A DNA stretch of 63,033 bases, filler included, from Folioceros fuciformis (lineage: Eukaryota), in the NCBI GenBank assembly GCA_049999805.1. It is 6 parts of 6 records of this genome, joined end to end, with 100 filler letters (N's around TTAATTAATTAA, not from the genome) between each part and the next. Parts side by side here need not be neighbours in the genome. Positions count along the whole stretch, not along the records: positions 4,935 to 28,742 come from JBNGIO010001637.1; 5 more parts are not named here. One strand, 5' to 3'. The notes under the pieces were generated by a model, which saw only the letters and a program-made list of their open reading frames with translations, was not told the DNA's origin and did no database searches. Of this stretch, positions 13,965-26,990 are shown piece by piece (within the stretch, counting starts at the first letter, position 1; each line of letters begins with the position of its first letter). The position numbers and the translations under genes were made by a program.

Positions 13965-15860
13965 CAGTCAGACCCCCTCTTATTGGGAGAAGCAAAAATC
14001 GTCCCATTTAGAGGGGTTCCGGTTTAGGCATTTTCATTTTTTTTGAAAATAAAAAATATTTAAAAAATTTAAAAAATTAAATCAAAAATTCGAAAGAGCT
14101 TAAAGCTTCCAAAAAATCCATAATGCTCCCTCATACTACATAGCTGCCAACCTAAATTTAGTTTGCCAGGTTAAAATAATCATCAATCCTTGATTGATTA
14201 TGAGTTACTTTCATCTAATGACTAGCAATATATTTTTCCAATTGAGAATGCAACTTCAAAGCATTAAGAGTGTTATGTAGCATCTCTTCCAAAAGCATCT
14301 TCGGTATCCTCATAACATTATCTACAGCATCTTTTGTCGTACGCGGTCTTGGCGCTATGGTCTCCATTGACGCTGTATCATTCTCCTCACCCTCCTCATT
14401 GATAGACGGAGGGATTAATGCTTGCCATATTTCGTCATTTGTAGGAATATACGTAGCCTCCAATCCTTCATCCTCCTCAAAGTTCAAATACTCTTCAGCA
14501 GTCATCGTTGGATATCTAACATTAGCAATTCTTGTCATATCCTCAAATGTTAATAATGCTAAGCTTCGCATGGATTGTTGTAGCTCTTCTACCTGCATTT
14601 CTAACGAATTAGAGTAATTTTGAGGATCCGACAATGGATCCTCTGGATCATATGGTGCGTTGTTTAGATCCAAAAGACTCATGGAACCGAGCATCTTGTG
14701 CACGCAATTCCGCATCCAAAGTGCTATGCCTTCAACAATTGCGTATGGTATGAGGACTCACAAATGAAGTCCAAGCTTTTACCAACATAACCACTACTTG
14801 ATATACATCGATAGTTGTAGTCGTATTGTCTATGATCTGGTTGCATTGGTACGAAATCATCAACTTGCGATACTGAGCCTTGAAAGAACGGATGATCCCC
14901 TGGTCCAAAGGTTGATATACGCTTGTCACATTGGGTGGAAAGAAAATCACCTTTGTAAGTTGCAATTGAGCTACATTACCAAACCGATGCCCAGAAGAAT
15001 TATCCACTATAAGTAACACTCTAGCCTGCGCTGATGCAACCATCTTCTGATCAAAATCTAGCAAAAACTTCTCAAACAGCTCTATTGTCATCTATGCCTT
15101 TTGGTTTGTAGACCAGATAATATTCAAATTTTTGAGATTTTGAACATTCCTGACGAAAAAAGCACGAGGCCTAAGATATCTGTTAATCACAAAAGGTGGC
15201 AACTTGCAAGATCCATCAACATTTGTTGTCAGTCCAATTGTCAACCGTTCCTTAAACTGCTCCTTTGTCTTGGTGATTCACAATCCTAGAGAATGCACTT
15301 TTAGAAGCTGCTATTGAAAACTTCTCTGTTGTCCATCTAGTCAACTCCTTAAGTGTGCAAGAGTGTTGGACATAATATTCGCAAACCTCTTTCTTTTGTT
15401 GCTTTATTAGGGTAGCATGCTTGGGTGGCAGCTTGGGTGGCATTGTTCCTATACGTCAAAGAGAATGGGTAAGAAACACATACAAAATATCTCACAGCAA
15501 GATAACAACTTACAACACTATAAGACAACTTGTACAATGAAACAACTTATGTACTAGGAACAATGCTTCTGATCACAAAGCATAGTGTACATAACTGCTA
15601 CATATATAAGCTCAATCTCGATGGCTGTCTATGTTTTATGATATAATTTCGATAGCCTTTAACTTGACATAATCTCAATAACTCATGATTTAAAATCTCG
15701 ATAAGACGATTTCTTTAAAATTTTTATTTTATTTTAAATATATATTTTTCTTTTACGTAGATGTACTTGATTGAATGTTTGGAAGACATGTTCCTATTTA
15801 CAAATTGGAGATTTCCTATTCACATTCAAGGAGTAAGCCCAGGCGTAAGGGGGTTCTATA
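13965..15860 (-). mobile_element. pogo/Tigger-like (Tc1/mariner superfamily) DNA transposon, defective
   Basis: AT-rich insert beginning TA|CAGTCAGACCCCCTC inside a copy-3 intron and containing transposase remnants. The right end is only approximately located. Confidence 0.75.
14215..15443 (-). pseudogene. CENP-B/Tigger-type DDE_1 transposase remnant
   Basis: N-terminal HTH-like segment (KKEVCEYY...LTRWTTEKF), KERLTIGL, VLLIVDNSSGH and FFPPNVTSVYQPLDQGIIRSFKAQYRK. Stops at conserved Trp positions (KA*MT, IRNC*); apparent internal deletion and frameshifts. Confidence 0.85.
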
Positions 15861-16964
15861 TGGGTCCCAGTTAGAGCATACATCCTGCCAAATTCCATGT
15901 TTCCAGCGATGGAAGCATTACACTGTACGTACCAATCAGACTGCGGTATCCTATACCAGAGAGGATACCGGTGGTCTGAGTCAAATTGGTGGAATCGAAT
16001 TGGGAGTCAATGGCAAGAACGAGGCAAGCTCCAGATCCAGCCCGGCAGTTGGAAAGCGAAAGGAAACGTCTCATGATTTTCGGCATCCAGTTCAGTGGTG
16101 GACACACGGGTCATATTGTGAAGCTCGGACCTCGACTCTAGAAACCGACGAGGCGTTCGGATCACGGAATTGCACTGTACGTCTCTCATAGATGGTGGTG
16201 CCACCTTTCGACTTTTGCCGCACAACCAGGGTTTGTCCTGCACCGCATCTTGGCATTGGGAGAGACCTCACCCAGAGTCACCATTCTTCGTCTCAGGGAT
16301 GTATTGGTAACTAGAGGCCGGAAAGAACAAATATTGTTGCGCACGACGCGAAACTTCGCAGACTCAGGCCCGCGACCTCGCACATTCACGACCTCGCACA
16401 TTCACGACCTCGTCAGCAATCAACCCCTCCCTGCTCAGCACCGGCAACAAGAACTTTACTGACGTAGTCTCTAAGATGTACGAACCACCATGGCACAGGA
16501 TTTAGGCGTCCCTCAAAGAATGGAGGGTCCCATACGTGGGGTCCGCATTCCTTGTCCGCAGTCAGACGTTCATCTTTGGATGCGGTTTTCGAGCTGACCT
16601 CATGTCTGCCAAATGAGGAGAGCAGGAATGTCAGGAAACAAAAGATCCTGCAACATACTGTATGTAGTTGCGGTACCGTTACTACGTCTAGTACCGGTCG
16701 GCCGAAGCACGGGGTAATTGTACCTGTCGTCAGAGAGTCAGACTTTCAGATTTCCACTCCGAATGCACCTCGATAGGGCAAGGTCTCTCTCTCTTCTGTG
16801 CGTCCAAAATCTGCATGTAATCCAACAAGGAAACAGGAATGATAAACAAGTTCATCATCATCCCAACCCAGAGAAAATCCTGGATTACCATCACTTACAG
16901 GGTCAGATGCCTCCGCCTTAGACATCCAGTCGTCGCACATCTTCAAACAGTAAGCAGTGCTTCC

Positions 16965-19900
16965 TCAGCATGCTTTTCTCTCAATTTTGCACTGCTCCAA
17001 GAGCTCAACTAATTTTTGCAGTGCTGGTTCACTTGCACAACCTTGCCATGCATCGAACGTTGGCCCTGAACACCTGTATGCTTCAAAGGTGCATTAGGAT
17101 CTTGATAGTATTGCATCTGTCTACCAAGGCAAGCTTCCAGAGGATTGACACTGACATGTACATGAGCCTGCAGATCTCTTGAACTTCAGCCTCAATCTCA
17201 GCAGAAAAGCCTCTGTCCCGTGCGCCCTTATACACTTCAATCAACTCTCCCCAAATTCTGCCAAGCCAGATTAAGGTCAGTGCAAACTCCACAGAGAGGC
17301 TACGTAACCCATTTCGTGCTTTACCTATTTGCATGGGAAGGAATTCTACACCACGTGCGCAACACAATTTGCCGTAGAATACGAAGAGTCTGTTCCAAAT
17401 GCAAAATGTATTACTCCCTATACTTCCCGTACACAAGCAAGATTTGCTCCCAGGAGATGGGTGAAGGTTTGAAACAGACCAAAATGCAGGTCAAGTCGTC
17501 TGGTGATAGCAACCACCTCGAGAGAAGTGGGAGCAGACGCTTGAAATGTGCAACGAGAATAAGGCCCATCGCCTCCAGCTGAGGTGGTATTAACTTAAGC
17601 CAGACAGTTCTTCGGTCTTGGTCATCTGCATTTCTCTCAAGTTCTCCCAGCATTTCAACCAGTACCCGCCCGTACCTTCACAGATGTCAGAAAAAATTTA
17701 AGAAATGCAAAAGTACTCATCAGATGCTTTCCCAAGTCCCTAGAGAACTGAGCTTAAGCTGAAAAGATGACTGCAGTACCAGATGCCCCGTGGATTCCGC
17801 CCCTCTATGCGACAAACAAGTTTCACAGCCATCGGTACAGCAAGTGGCCAAAGGTCACCGCAACCAATCAAACTGCGACAGACGGCATCAAGGATGGCAT
17901 CCCCATACCATCGAAGTTCTGACACGTTCAAATTCAACCCCAAGTGCAACAAGCTCCTCATACCCTGTTTCTGTGAGCCCACAACACACCAAGTGATTTA
18001 AGTACCAGAAAGACAAGCTAAGCACAGCCAGATCATGCACGCAACTCTTCAAACACAATGTTGTTACCAATAAAACGGCATGTGCAATACCTTAACAGCT
18101 GGAGAATAATGGTCCAAGGTCGTCAACGCACAGGGAACAAGCAACTCACAGTGGGGTCCCAGGTGAGGATGTTGCACCTGCCATGTGCACCATTGTCAAC
18201 GTCAGGTCACTGCAGGTGCACTGACAAGATGCCTCTAAACCAGGCACACCAAAAATGTTCCTTGTTGTTTCAAATCTGCACAGGGCGTGGCGTAAACTAC
18301 CTGTCTTATACACCACTCCAACTGGTGTGATGCTACAATAGAAGCGCCTAAGTCGCCACCTTCAGGAGAGATGTAAATCCTATCTGCAGTGCCAATGTTG
18401 GAGCTCCTCTTGATAATGTCCTTGATTCTTGGGATCATGACTGGCAGCATGGACAAGATCAAGCTTCCAATCCCTCCAGCCTTCATGTCTGCTCTTACTG
18501 CCTTGCTCACATCCTGTGTAGTCCTATAGTTTGACAGTGAGCTTCCAACCTTAGCCTCAACTGCCTTTGACAATAAGCAAGCAGCATCGACAGCCAACTT
18601 TTGTAAGTCTGTGGAGGTCCATGGTACATCAGTTTCTCCCCTTCCGTCAGCACAGGCAAGAGCAGCAAATGCCTGGGTTAAATCTTGAACCAACACCTGC
18701 TTGTCTTCCAAGTCTAGGGTTAACCAAGAGTTGCCCTCTAAGATGCAAATTGCTATCTGCACGAACGAGCCTGCGCGCTCCAAGAATTGGTTTGTGACAC
18801 TTTGAAGGCTCTCCACACTAAAACCTTTGCAGAGCTCAGACGGTATCTGGAGAACCTGGGACATCGGAAAATGAACAGATCATGCTGGGCATAAAGACTT
18901 ACGTATTAACAGCCATCACTGAAACTCGGGCATGCAACTGCTTCTGACCTCAACAATATACCGCAATGCAGCGACGTCCATTCCAGAAGCCCCATCTGTT
19001 CTCCTGCTAGCAACCGGTAGGAGATCCTTGTGAACTCGAAAATCACCATACCAATCTACTCCACGTAAGGCTGAACTGAGGCCTCTCAGGACTGTTTCTT
19101 CTGACACGACCTGTAGAGCTTCTGTTTCTTCGTCCCCTAAGATTCGACCTTGCTTATAGAATCTTGCCACCCAATCACATGTATGTGCCCGAGCGTTTAG
19201 CATCGCAAGCAGTGAATTTCTGTAGAAGGGTCTCCCCATGGACCTACAAGACCGGATGCTATTTCAGCACCAGCTGCACAATGCACAATCACGTACATGA
19301 CTACCAAAACACACTGAAAAAAACGCTACCTGACTAGTTTTGCGAGTCTGTCACGCAAGGATTGATCCCCGCGTTTCTCTGCTTCCTCCAGAGCAGCAAT
19401 AGCAGCTACAAGTAAGAGAGGCAGCCTGTCCAATTGCCTACCTTGAGCCTGTTGAAAAAAGGGTGGTCCTGGCAAGAGCAGCATTCCTATGATGGCATTT
19501 GTACTATCCAAGAGCCATGCATCGGCAGAGAGTGCGTGAACACTCTTGGCTCTCCCCCGTTCTACAATCGTCGCCAGAGAGGATTTGATGAACTTATCGA
19601 CTAGATTCAAAATAGCATCCTACAGCAAGAAAGAAATGCGAGGAAGCCAACGAGTCAAGCTCATCCTTCAGCACAGATCCTACAGTGAAACTGATCGACA
19701 AAGAAATCCACCTCAAGACCATCTGGTGAGGAGAGCAGCATGAGTTTCAGCGCAGCTTCACACCCGCTCTTCTTAACTTCGGGTGCCGGGTCCATACATG
19801 TGCCAAGTATCCCACCAAGCAGGTCAGAATACCTGCAAACGATAGCCAAGAGGTCAACCATCAGCCAAGTTTACAACAAATGGGACGACATTGCAGAAAG

Positions 19901-20903
19901 GTACTAGCAACCCACTGCATGAGTCAGTTGAAGGCCATACAAATCTTTCGGTAACTGCTCAAATTTGATTGAAATTAGTGTCTTGGCTCCATCAACAGCA
20001 GCAACCCTGACCTGCACCAGTCCCTCAATCGTTCACTATGCTGCAGCAAGTATGGTATCGGCAAGGACTTCGGAGAAGACACATCCCTCAAAGGACTATA
20101 CCTGAAAATGGTCCGAAGCAAGGCCGAAAACCAGCACCTTCAGCAGATCTTCCAGGGCATAAGACGGGGTGGACAGAAAACCCAATCCGGAGCTCGTGCC
20201 CCGCACTGAATTGCCACAAACATTACCCTCATTGAGAGCCACGCAAACTGCCAACTGCACAGCTGCAGCCCTGGCACGCCATCTGCGCGCCTGAACGCCA
20301 CCGACCCCGGCCACCTCGGGCCACACTCTGTCCAAAGACAACGCCATCCCAAGATTCCGTACCGATTCTCCATCACGATCCTGCAGCCTTGGATCCCAAT
20401 CGAGAGCAACGACAGAAGCGAGATTCTTCAAGCTCAGGAGCCACTGAGCACAAAGGCTTGGAAACTGTCGGCCTAGATTGGAGGTCACGCTCCCTCCAGT
20501 CCCAGACCCGAAACCAGCCAGGCAGCACAGGGCATAAGATGAGAGAAACGCCTGAGCTGCAGCAGCCTGCTCGGGACCCCGACCTGCACGCATCCACCAG
20601 ATTGCTCCTCACCCCAGCAAATTGGCAACCAGCGGAAGGCAATCGAAAGGAGAGGCACACACCCGCCAGCTCCTGCCCAGTGTGTAGAACGAAGGCACTA
20701 GCCTTCACTGCAGCAGAAACCGCAGCAGCAGCTTGCTCCTCATCGATATTCTCCTGCCGAAGTAGGACACAGCATTGCACAAACTTCCCAGCTTCACAAT
20801 CGACGTCCCCCGACGAAGCCAAGGGATTGCCATCGCCAGACAGCTCAACAGTGGCCTCCGACATCACTAACCCGCGACCACCAGATGTCATGGTCTGGGT
20901 CAT
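16965..20903 (-). CDS. TTI2: TTI2-like (Tel2-interacting protein 2) ARM-repeat protein, multi-exon, with long N-terminal region
   Basis: C-terminal exons HQLEWCIRQV..PHLGPHCELLVPCALTTLDHYSP, ELRWYGDAILDAVC, MLGELER..RRTVWL and MGLILVAHFKRLLPLLSRWL recall the plant TTI2-like family (from memory). Stop at 16965; start codon uncertain. Confidence 0.7.
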
Positions 20904-21164
20904 TCCAGGCAGAGCGCAGGGAAAGGCGGCTGCACTTCCGACAAGAAGCCGATCGAGTGTGTGAATTAAAATTTGATGTAAGGGCAGAATTTGCGTTGTA
21001 CGCAAGATAAAATACATGCTAATTCTTTTGTGACTGCAACAGCATGCATACGCGGAATGCTCGAGGACAAGAGAACGAATCACCACCCATGGAGGTGTCG
21101 TTCAGTTTAGCATGCTAGTTCCTACCTAACATAGCTCCATATCCTTCAATATCTTTGGCCTCAC

Positions 21165-23681
21165 CTACTCGGTGCGGTCAGTCTGCAGCATGAACTCGAT
21201 ACCATGGCTCAAGGCATAATCCTCGACGAAGGAGGGGTACCCTCCGACTCCAATAAGGGCGGAATTCAGCGGATGAAACATCCAGCGAACTCTGCAGCCA
21301 CGTTCCTGGACAATAGAAATGGACTCTTTGGGCACGTATCTCTGGAGATCGTGGAAGAGCTTCACCTTCTTGAGGCTGGAGCATCCCAGCAGCACCTTCT
21401 CGTAACAGTCGGTAGTGACGTTCTTCATGTCCACTATATACAGGTGGAGGAGGCACTTGAGGTTCGACACCGCCAGCACCGCTACGTTCGTCAGGGGGGT
21501 TTGAGACAGGTTGATGTGTTGAAGGCCGGGGCAGCCGGCCACAAGGGCCAAGATGCCGTCATCACCAATCCCTTGGCAATGCTTCAAGTCCAGGTACGTG
21601 AGCCGCTTGCACCCGAGTCCCAGCGAAGCAAGGCCGGTGGAGGAGACACGGTCGCAGCCCCGCAGCTCAATCTGGTGCAGCTCAGTCAGCTGGGACAAAG
21701 AGCGTATGGCATCATCCGTGATGTTCCGACAGTAGGACAGGTTGATGGTTTTCAACCTGCGACAACCAGCACCGATGGCGGCGATGCCCGCATCTCCTAC
21801 CCGTATCGATCTGCGGCATACGCGCGAGAGAGAGGAGGAGATTAGTTGGAATCACACGAGCAGGCAGTCCATGAGAAGAGGAATCCGGATGTGGATGGTC
21901 ATGCACCTGTAGAAGTCTATCTCCCGAAGGTTGCTGCAACCAGCACCGATGTGCTCCACCCCTTCATCCGTGATGAAGCAAATCCCGAGTTTCAGCTGCC
22001 GAATCGCGGAACACCTAGCGACCGACTTCAGGCCTGCAGATTCAGAGAACCAGGAAGCGCGTTACATGAAAAGCAGCGGCAGCCGCGGCGTCCTTCCCTT
22101 CCGTTCCTTTCAAAGCACGCAGGGAGGCCATAGGTCCAGTTCAAAACCAACCTTCATCGGTAATGCAAGTGTCGGTGAGGTCCAGCTCTTCCAACAAGGG
22201 GCAGCCCAAGCCCAGAAAAGCCAACCCGGCGTTGCTAATGGCCGCGCAGGCTTCCATCCTCAAAGACCGCAACCCTCTACACCACGTGGTGACATGCCTC
22301 AAGGCACGGTCCGTGATTTCCCTGCAGCACGTGAGATCCAGCGTGTGAAGAGATCCACACTGGGACACGATGGCCTCTATCCCCTCGTCCGTCACGCCAA
22401 GGCACTTGCTCAGGCTCAGCTCCTTCAGATCCCTGCACCCCCTTCCCACGCACTCCAGCCCCTTGACGGACACTGTGCATCCATCCAGCTTGACGATTTC
22501 CAGGATGGGAAAGCTGGGCAACCTGGCCAGAGACTCGCCCGTGAACTGCAACACCACCACCACAGCGAGTTCCTTTCATGAGCGCTCCACACTCCATTCC
22601 ACAGCTGCAATCCAATCCCTCAGTCTCCTGAAAAACCATCCAACCTGAGCATTGTGCGTGAGCGCAAGCTGGCGCAAAGCCACGCTGCCGCCATCGCCAG
22701 CCAAGCTGAGGATGCCGGCGTGGGTGACGCCGGGGCACTTGGACACGTCCAGCTTCTGCAAGGACTTGCAGTTCCTCTTGAGAAGCGTGAGCCCCAAGTC
22801 ATCGATGTTGGTGCACCTCACCAAATGCAGCGTCTCCAGGAAGGCCAGCCCCGAGACAGGCTTCAGGCACTCGTTCGTTACCTGCCACATCGCCATCGCC
22901 GAGACGACTTGCGTACTTAGCACGGGAAGCAAAGCAAGAAACAATGATGAATCGCACACCCCTAGAGCAAAGGCAAGAGGCAATGATAACGAAGATGCAA
23001 GGGACACGAGACGAGGCGAGACGAGACTGAGACTTCGCGTACTTCGGTGAAGGAGAGGTCGAGGGAGCGGAGGCGAGCGCACCCCTGCGCCACCATAGCC
23101 ACGCCCTTATCCGTAATCTTAGCGCAGCACTTTAGGGAGAGGAGCTCCAGCTGCGGGCAGCCGGCGGCAATGCAGGTGAGGCCGAGGTCGGTGAGGCGCT
23201 GGCATTTGGCGAGGCGCAGCAGGCGGAGCTCCGGCAGGGACCTCAGCGGCAGCAGGTATTGGTCCCCGACATGCAAACAGTTGGAGAGATCGAGGTCGCA
23301 GAGGCGGGGGCAGGAGGCGGCCAAGGCCCATAGGCCGGCGTGCGTGAAGCCCGTCACCTTGGCCAAGCCGAGGTCACGAAGACGCGGCCCCGCCGCCCGC
23401 GCCAGGGCCTCCATGGCCGCGTCCGTCACCCTCCGCGCCAGTGACAGATCTACGCTCTCCACCATTTGGAAACGACGCAGCAGATGTTCCAGTGTATCGG
23501 GATTGTGAGGCCGCACCCGCTTCCGCACACTCGCCTCCAGGTCCCGCATCCTTCTGCTCACGGCCCGCCAGGCCAGCCTGTCCGCCACATCCCCAACCCT
23601 CTCCAGCACCTCCAGCAGCAGCTCATCGCTCAGCTCCTCCATCCCGCTCCTCCTCCGAGCTGCGAGTGTCCTCCCCGCCAT
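21165..23681 (-). CDS. F-box/LRR-repeat protein (FBL3-like)
   Basis: N-terminal F-box (MEELSDELLLEVLERV...WRAVSRRMRDLE) followed by many Cys-containing LRRs (LxxLxLxxCxxITDxGL) across several exons. Confidence 0.92.
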
Positions 23682-24512
23682 CTCCCGACGCCGCGGCTGC
23701 TTCCTCGTTCTTTCCGCCTCCTCCTCCTCTTCCTTCTCCTCCCCTATCCGGTCCCTCCTTCTCCTCCTCCTCCTCCTCCTCCAGCTCAAGCTTCCTCCCT
23801 TCTCCTTGTTCTTTTCCTCCTCCTTACATCCCAAGCCCCATTCATCACAATCTCAATCCCAATGCCGCGCTCCTCCTCCTCTAGAGCCCCTCTATGGCGT
23901 GCGCAGACGTGAAGGAGACAGGGCGGGAGGGAAGCAGCCTGGAATGCACTCCATTCATCGCATATCTCGGCTGGGACGGCCTGTAGTGCGTGTCGCGGCC
24001 AGCGGTCCGCTTCTTCCCCGAGAGCACCGTGACCAACGTGTCCGGCTGGAGTCGCAGGTGGCTACTGGAGCAGGGCCGGTACGGAAGTGCCCGGTCCGAG
24101 TACGAGACCCTCCGTACGAGGCAGGCGGGCTGGACCGGCTGTCCCGGCCCGTACCCCGGCTCTATCTCGCCCGTGCACGACTCGTCCGGAAGGAACCTCC
24201 TCGTGGGTCCCACCACCAACCACTGTATTGTACTGTACTGTGCAGGTCTGTGTGTATTGTACTAATGCCAGGCGCTATTCGTCACTACAAAGTAATTGAA
24301 GGCACGAAACCCGAAGCGCCAAGTCGTCATGGTCATGTCTTTGTTTGCGTCATGCTAAGCGCAAAGTCACCATGGTGTCCATGATCTGAGCTCTAATAAC
24401 ATAGTACCTGGCCGTAATGCATGCCGTTCCGGATCACTGTAATCTCACTGCAGCGTAACCGTAACTGTTTGTATTCCACCCGTATATAGCACAAATACTT
24501 TGCGCGAGTTAT

Positions 24513-24636
24513 TTGACACGCCTTATACGTTACTTGACAACGTCTTATACGTTACTTGACAAGGCCCTATACGTTACTTGACAACGCCTTATACGTTCCT
24601 TGACAACGCCTTATACCTCACAACGCGTATAAGTTA
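24513..24636. repeat. 22-bp tandem repeat, ~5.5 copies
   Basis: Unit TTGACAACGCCTTATACGTTAC. Confidence 0.9.
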
Positions 24637-25239
24637 CATTGAGTGGTTGCTTGTGTTTCGAGAGGATAGCATAGTAGCGTGCACTTCAAGCAGGCTTCAT
24701 AGTGCACGGTGAGGATTGATCTCCAAGCGGTGATCGCTCAATTGGAAGAAGATGAACCTATGCAACTCGGTTATGTGCTGCTGCGCATTGTTGTTGAGGA
24801 TTATGATGTAGGCTCACAAGTGTATCAATAATGTGTTACTTGTTTCACAGCGATCTCCCCAAATGGTTGGTGCAAAAAGTGTAACAAAGTTGTAAGTGGC
24901 AAGCTGCATTATCGTGCGGAAGGGATTTTATGAGGTTGACTCCGAAGGAGTTCAGTATGAAAGAAGTGAGAGGAGAAGCCTCAACAATGCTTAGAAGGTT
25001 GCAAGGAAGGCATTTCTTTTGCCTCTTCTCCATTAAGAGAGCCACTACTCACCACCCTACAAACGTTGTTATTTTATGAGCTGATGCAGTGTATGTGCAG
25101 GACTTGTTTCCAACCATTTCAGAGCTAGGGAGCACACTAGCTAGACCACACTTAGGAAAACCATGTTGTGCTAACAGCCCGAGAACACCAAGCATTGAAG
25201 ATCTGTCCTTAGGTGTCCTAGACATGGCCATACCCATAT

Positions 25240-25965
25240 CTTCTCATGCAAACATGAATTTATAACTAGCAAACAAGCCTCTTCTCATGCAAACATGAAT
25301 TTATAACTAGCAAACAAGCCTTTGTCATTATTTGCTACTCTTTTCATTTGCTCTAGCTTATCCATAGTAAGAGCTATAGTGATAATGTCCCTCCCAACTA
25401 CCACCCTTGCCAATATTTCTCTCATACTTTGTCTTGTAGGCATTGCACTATTCTAACCTTTGTAAGACTTCCCCACGTTCTAGCCTTTGTAAGACTTCCT
25501 CACGTTCTAGCCTTTGTAAGACTTCCCCACGTTCTAGCCTTTGTAAGACTTCCCCACGTTCTCTATTTGAAAACCGAAAGATGTGGCTTAAAGTGGAAGC
25601 ATCTTTTGTCTATCCATGTAATCACAAAAATGGTATATGTACACACATTCATGATTCCAGCAAGCAATAATGAAAACTACCTAGTTCGAGCTACCAATGC
25701 CAAATCTATGGCTTAAAGTGGAAGCATCTTTTTGTCCATGTAATCACAAAATGGTATATGTACACACATTCATGATTCTAGCAAGCAATAATGAAAACTA
25801 CTTAGTACGATATACCAATGCTAAATCTAACAGAAACTATGCTTCAGGTGTGTTTGTTCCAGCAGCTACATGCTCCATGCTTCAAGTGTGTCTATTCCAG
25901 CAGCTACACACTCCATGAATGATCGCTGTCTATTCCAACAGCTACACGCTCTATGAATGATCGCT
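25240..25965. repeat. Cluster of tandem duplications (41 bp x2, 27 bp x4, ~125 bp x2, ~34 bp x2-3)
   Basis: Located at 25240-25321, 25451-25562 (TTCTAGCCTTTGTAAGACTTCCCCACG), 25583-25829 and ~25856-25965. Confidence 0.85.
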
Positions 25966-26949
25966 TCTTCTTCTGCTTAGAAAGCTTCCAAGCTTCCAAC
26001 TACTTTTCGTTTCCCAAAATGCAAACTATCTTTTTAAGCTATTATCAGAATTGGTGGGATCAACCAAGGTAGGAAGTGTAGGCAACATGGTCTTCGCTTC
26101 TGCCTTTGCTCTCAATACGAAGGGCTAGAGGCGTCCCTCCAGCCCGAGTGTTCCTACAAGCTTAAGGCTGCAAGCCTCCGAGCCTACAAGAACACAAGGG
26201 TTGGAGGGGCGGCTGGAGACACCCTGCCAGCCCGAGTCTTCGTTCAGGCTCTAGGCTACGAGGCACCCCTCCAGCTCAAGTCTTGGTGAAGGCTCCACGC
26301 TGCAAGGCATCCCTCCAGCACCAGTCTTCCTGCTGGCTTTAGGATGTGAGGCACCCCTCCAACCCCAGTCTTCCTACACGCTCCATGCTGCGAGGCGCCT
26401 GCTGCAAGGATCCCAACATCTCTCTTTTTCCTGCTGCAAGGATCCCAACAGCTCTCAGATATGCGGGGCATCGCTAGCTAGAAACGGCCTCAATGTGCAC
26501 CCCTCCCCCTCGGCCGATTTTTCCAAACATCATGCCTTCTCACCCACTCCGGCTGCCGACGCCCTCGAGTAACACAACCCTAGAGGATCCTCCTTACTGA
26601 TCCTAGCCCGGTGTGGGGTTAAAATATGGTACCCGGGGGTACCGCGAGGTCCACACAAGCCCTCTATGTCGTTGTAGCTCTGGGATTCGATCCCAAGGGA
26701 ATGATTCGTGTTAAACTACACAGGTTAGCTTCTAAAGTCAATTAACACCTAAACTCGACTGACCCACGCACACACGTCCAATGCTCGGTCCTTACCCAGC
26801 CCCCTTACTTCTCCCACCAGACGACTCTCCTACCACCCAGTCGCACCAGGGACTACCTCCCCCTGGACTACTCTTGGTGGGCCACCGGACTACCCTCCGT
26901 TCCCCAATGGACTACTACCGTCGTCTTTCGGGCTACCACTCGTTGGCCA

Positions 26950-26951
<2 letters not shown>

Positions 26952-26989
<38 letters not shown>
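26952..26989. repeat. (CT)n microsatellite
   Basis: About 19 CT units. Confidence 0.95.

Positions 26990-26990
<1 letters not shown>

Larger units (their letters stand above)
12181..16050 (-). pseudogene. PQQ-like beta-propeller copy 3, disrupted
   Basis: Paralogous exons at 12181-13900. In-frame TGA at 13101-13103, where copy 2 reads NSILALEL. GT donors apparently lost near 13287 and 12567. Transposon in an intron; degenerate 5' remnant (STNLTQTTGI) at ~15930-16050. Confidence 0.8.

Noticed and set aside
24513-24636. Bacterial sigma70 promoters (TTGACA...TATAC)
   Set aside because: Spacing is far below 17 bp and the DNA is plant nuclear.
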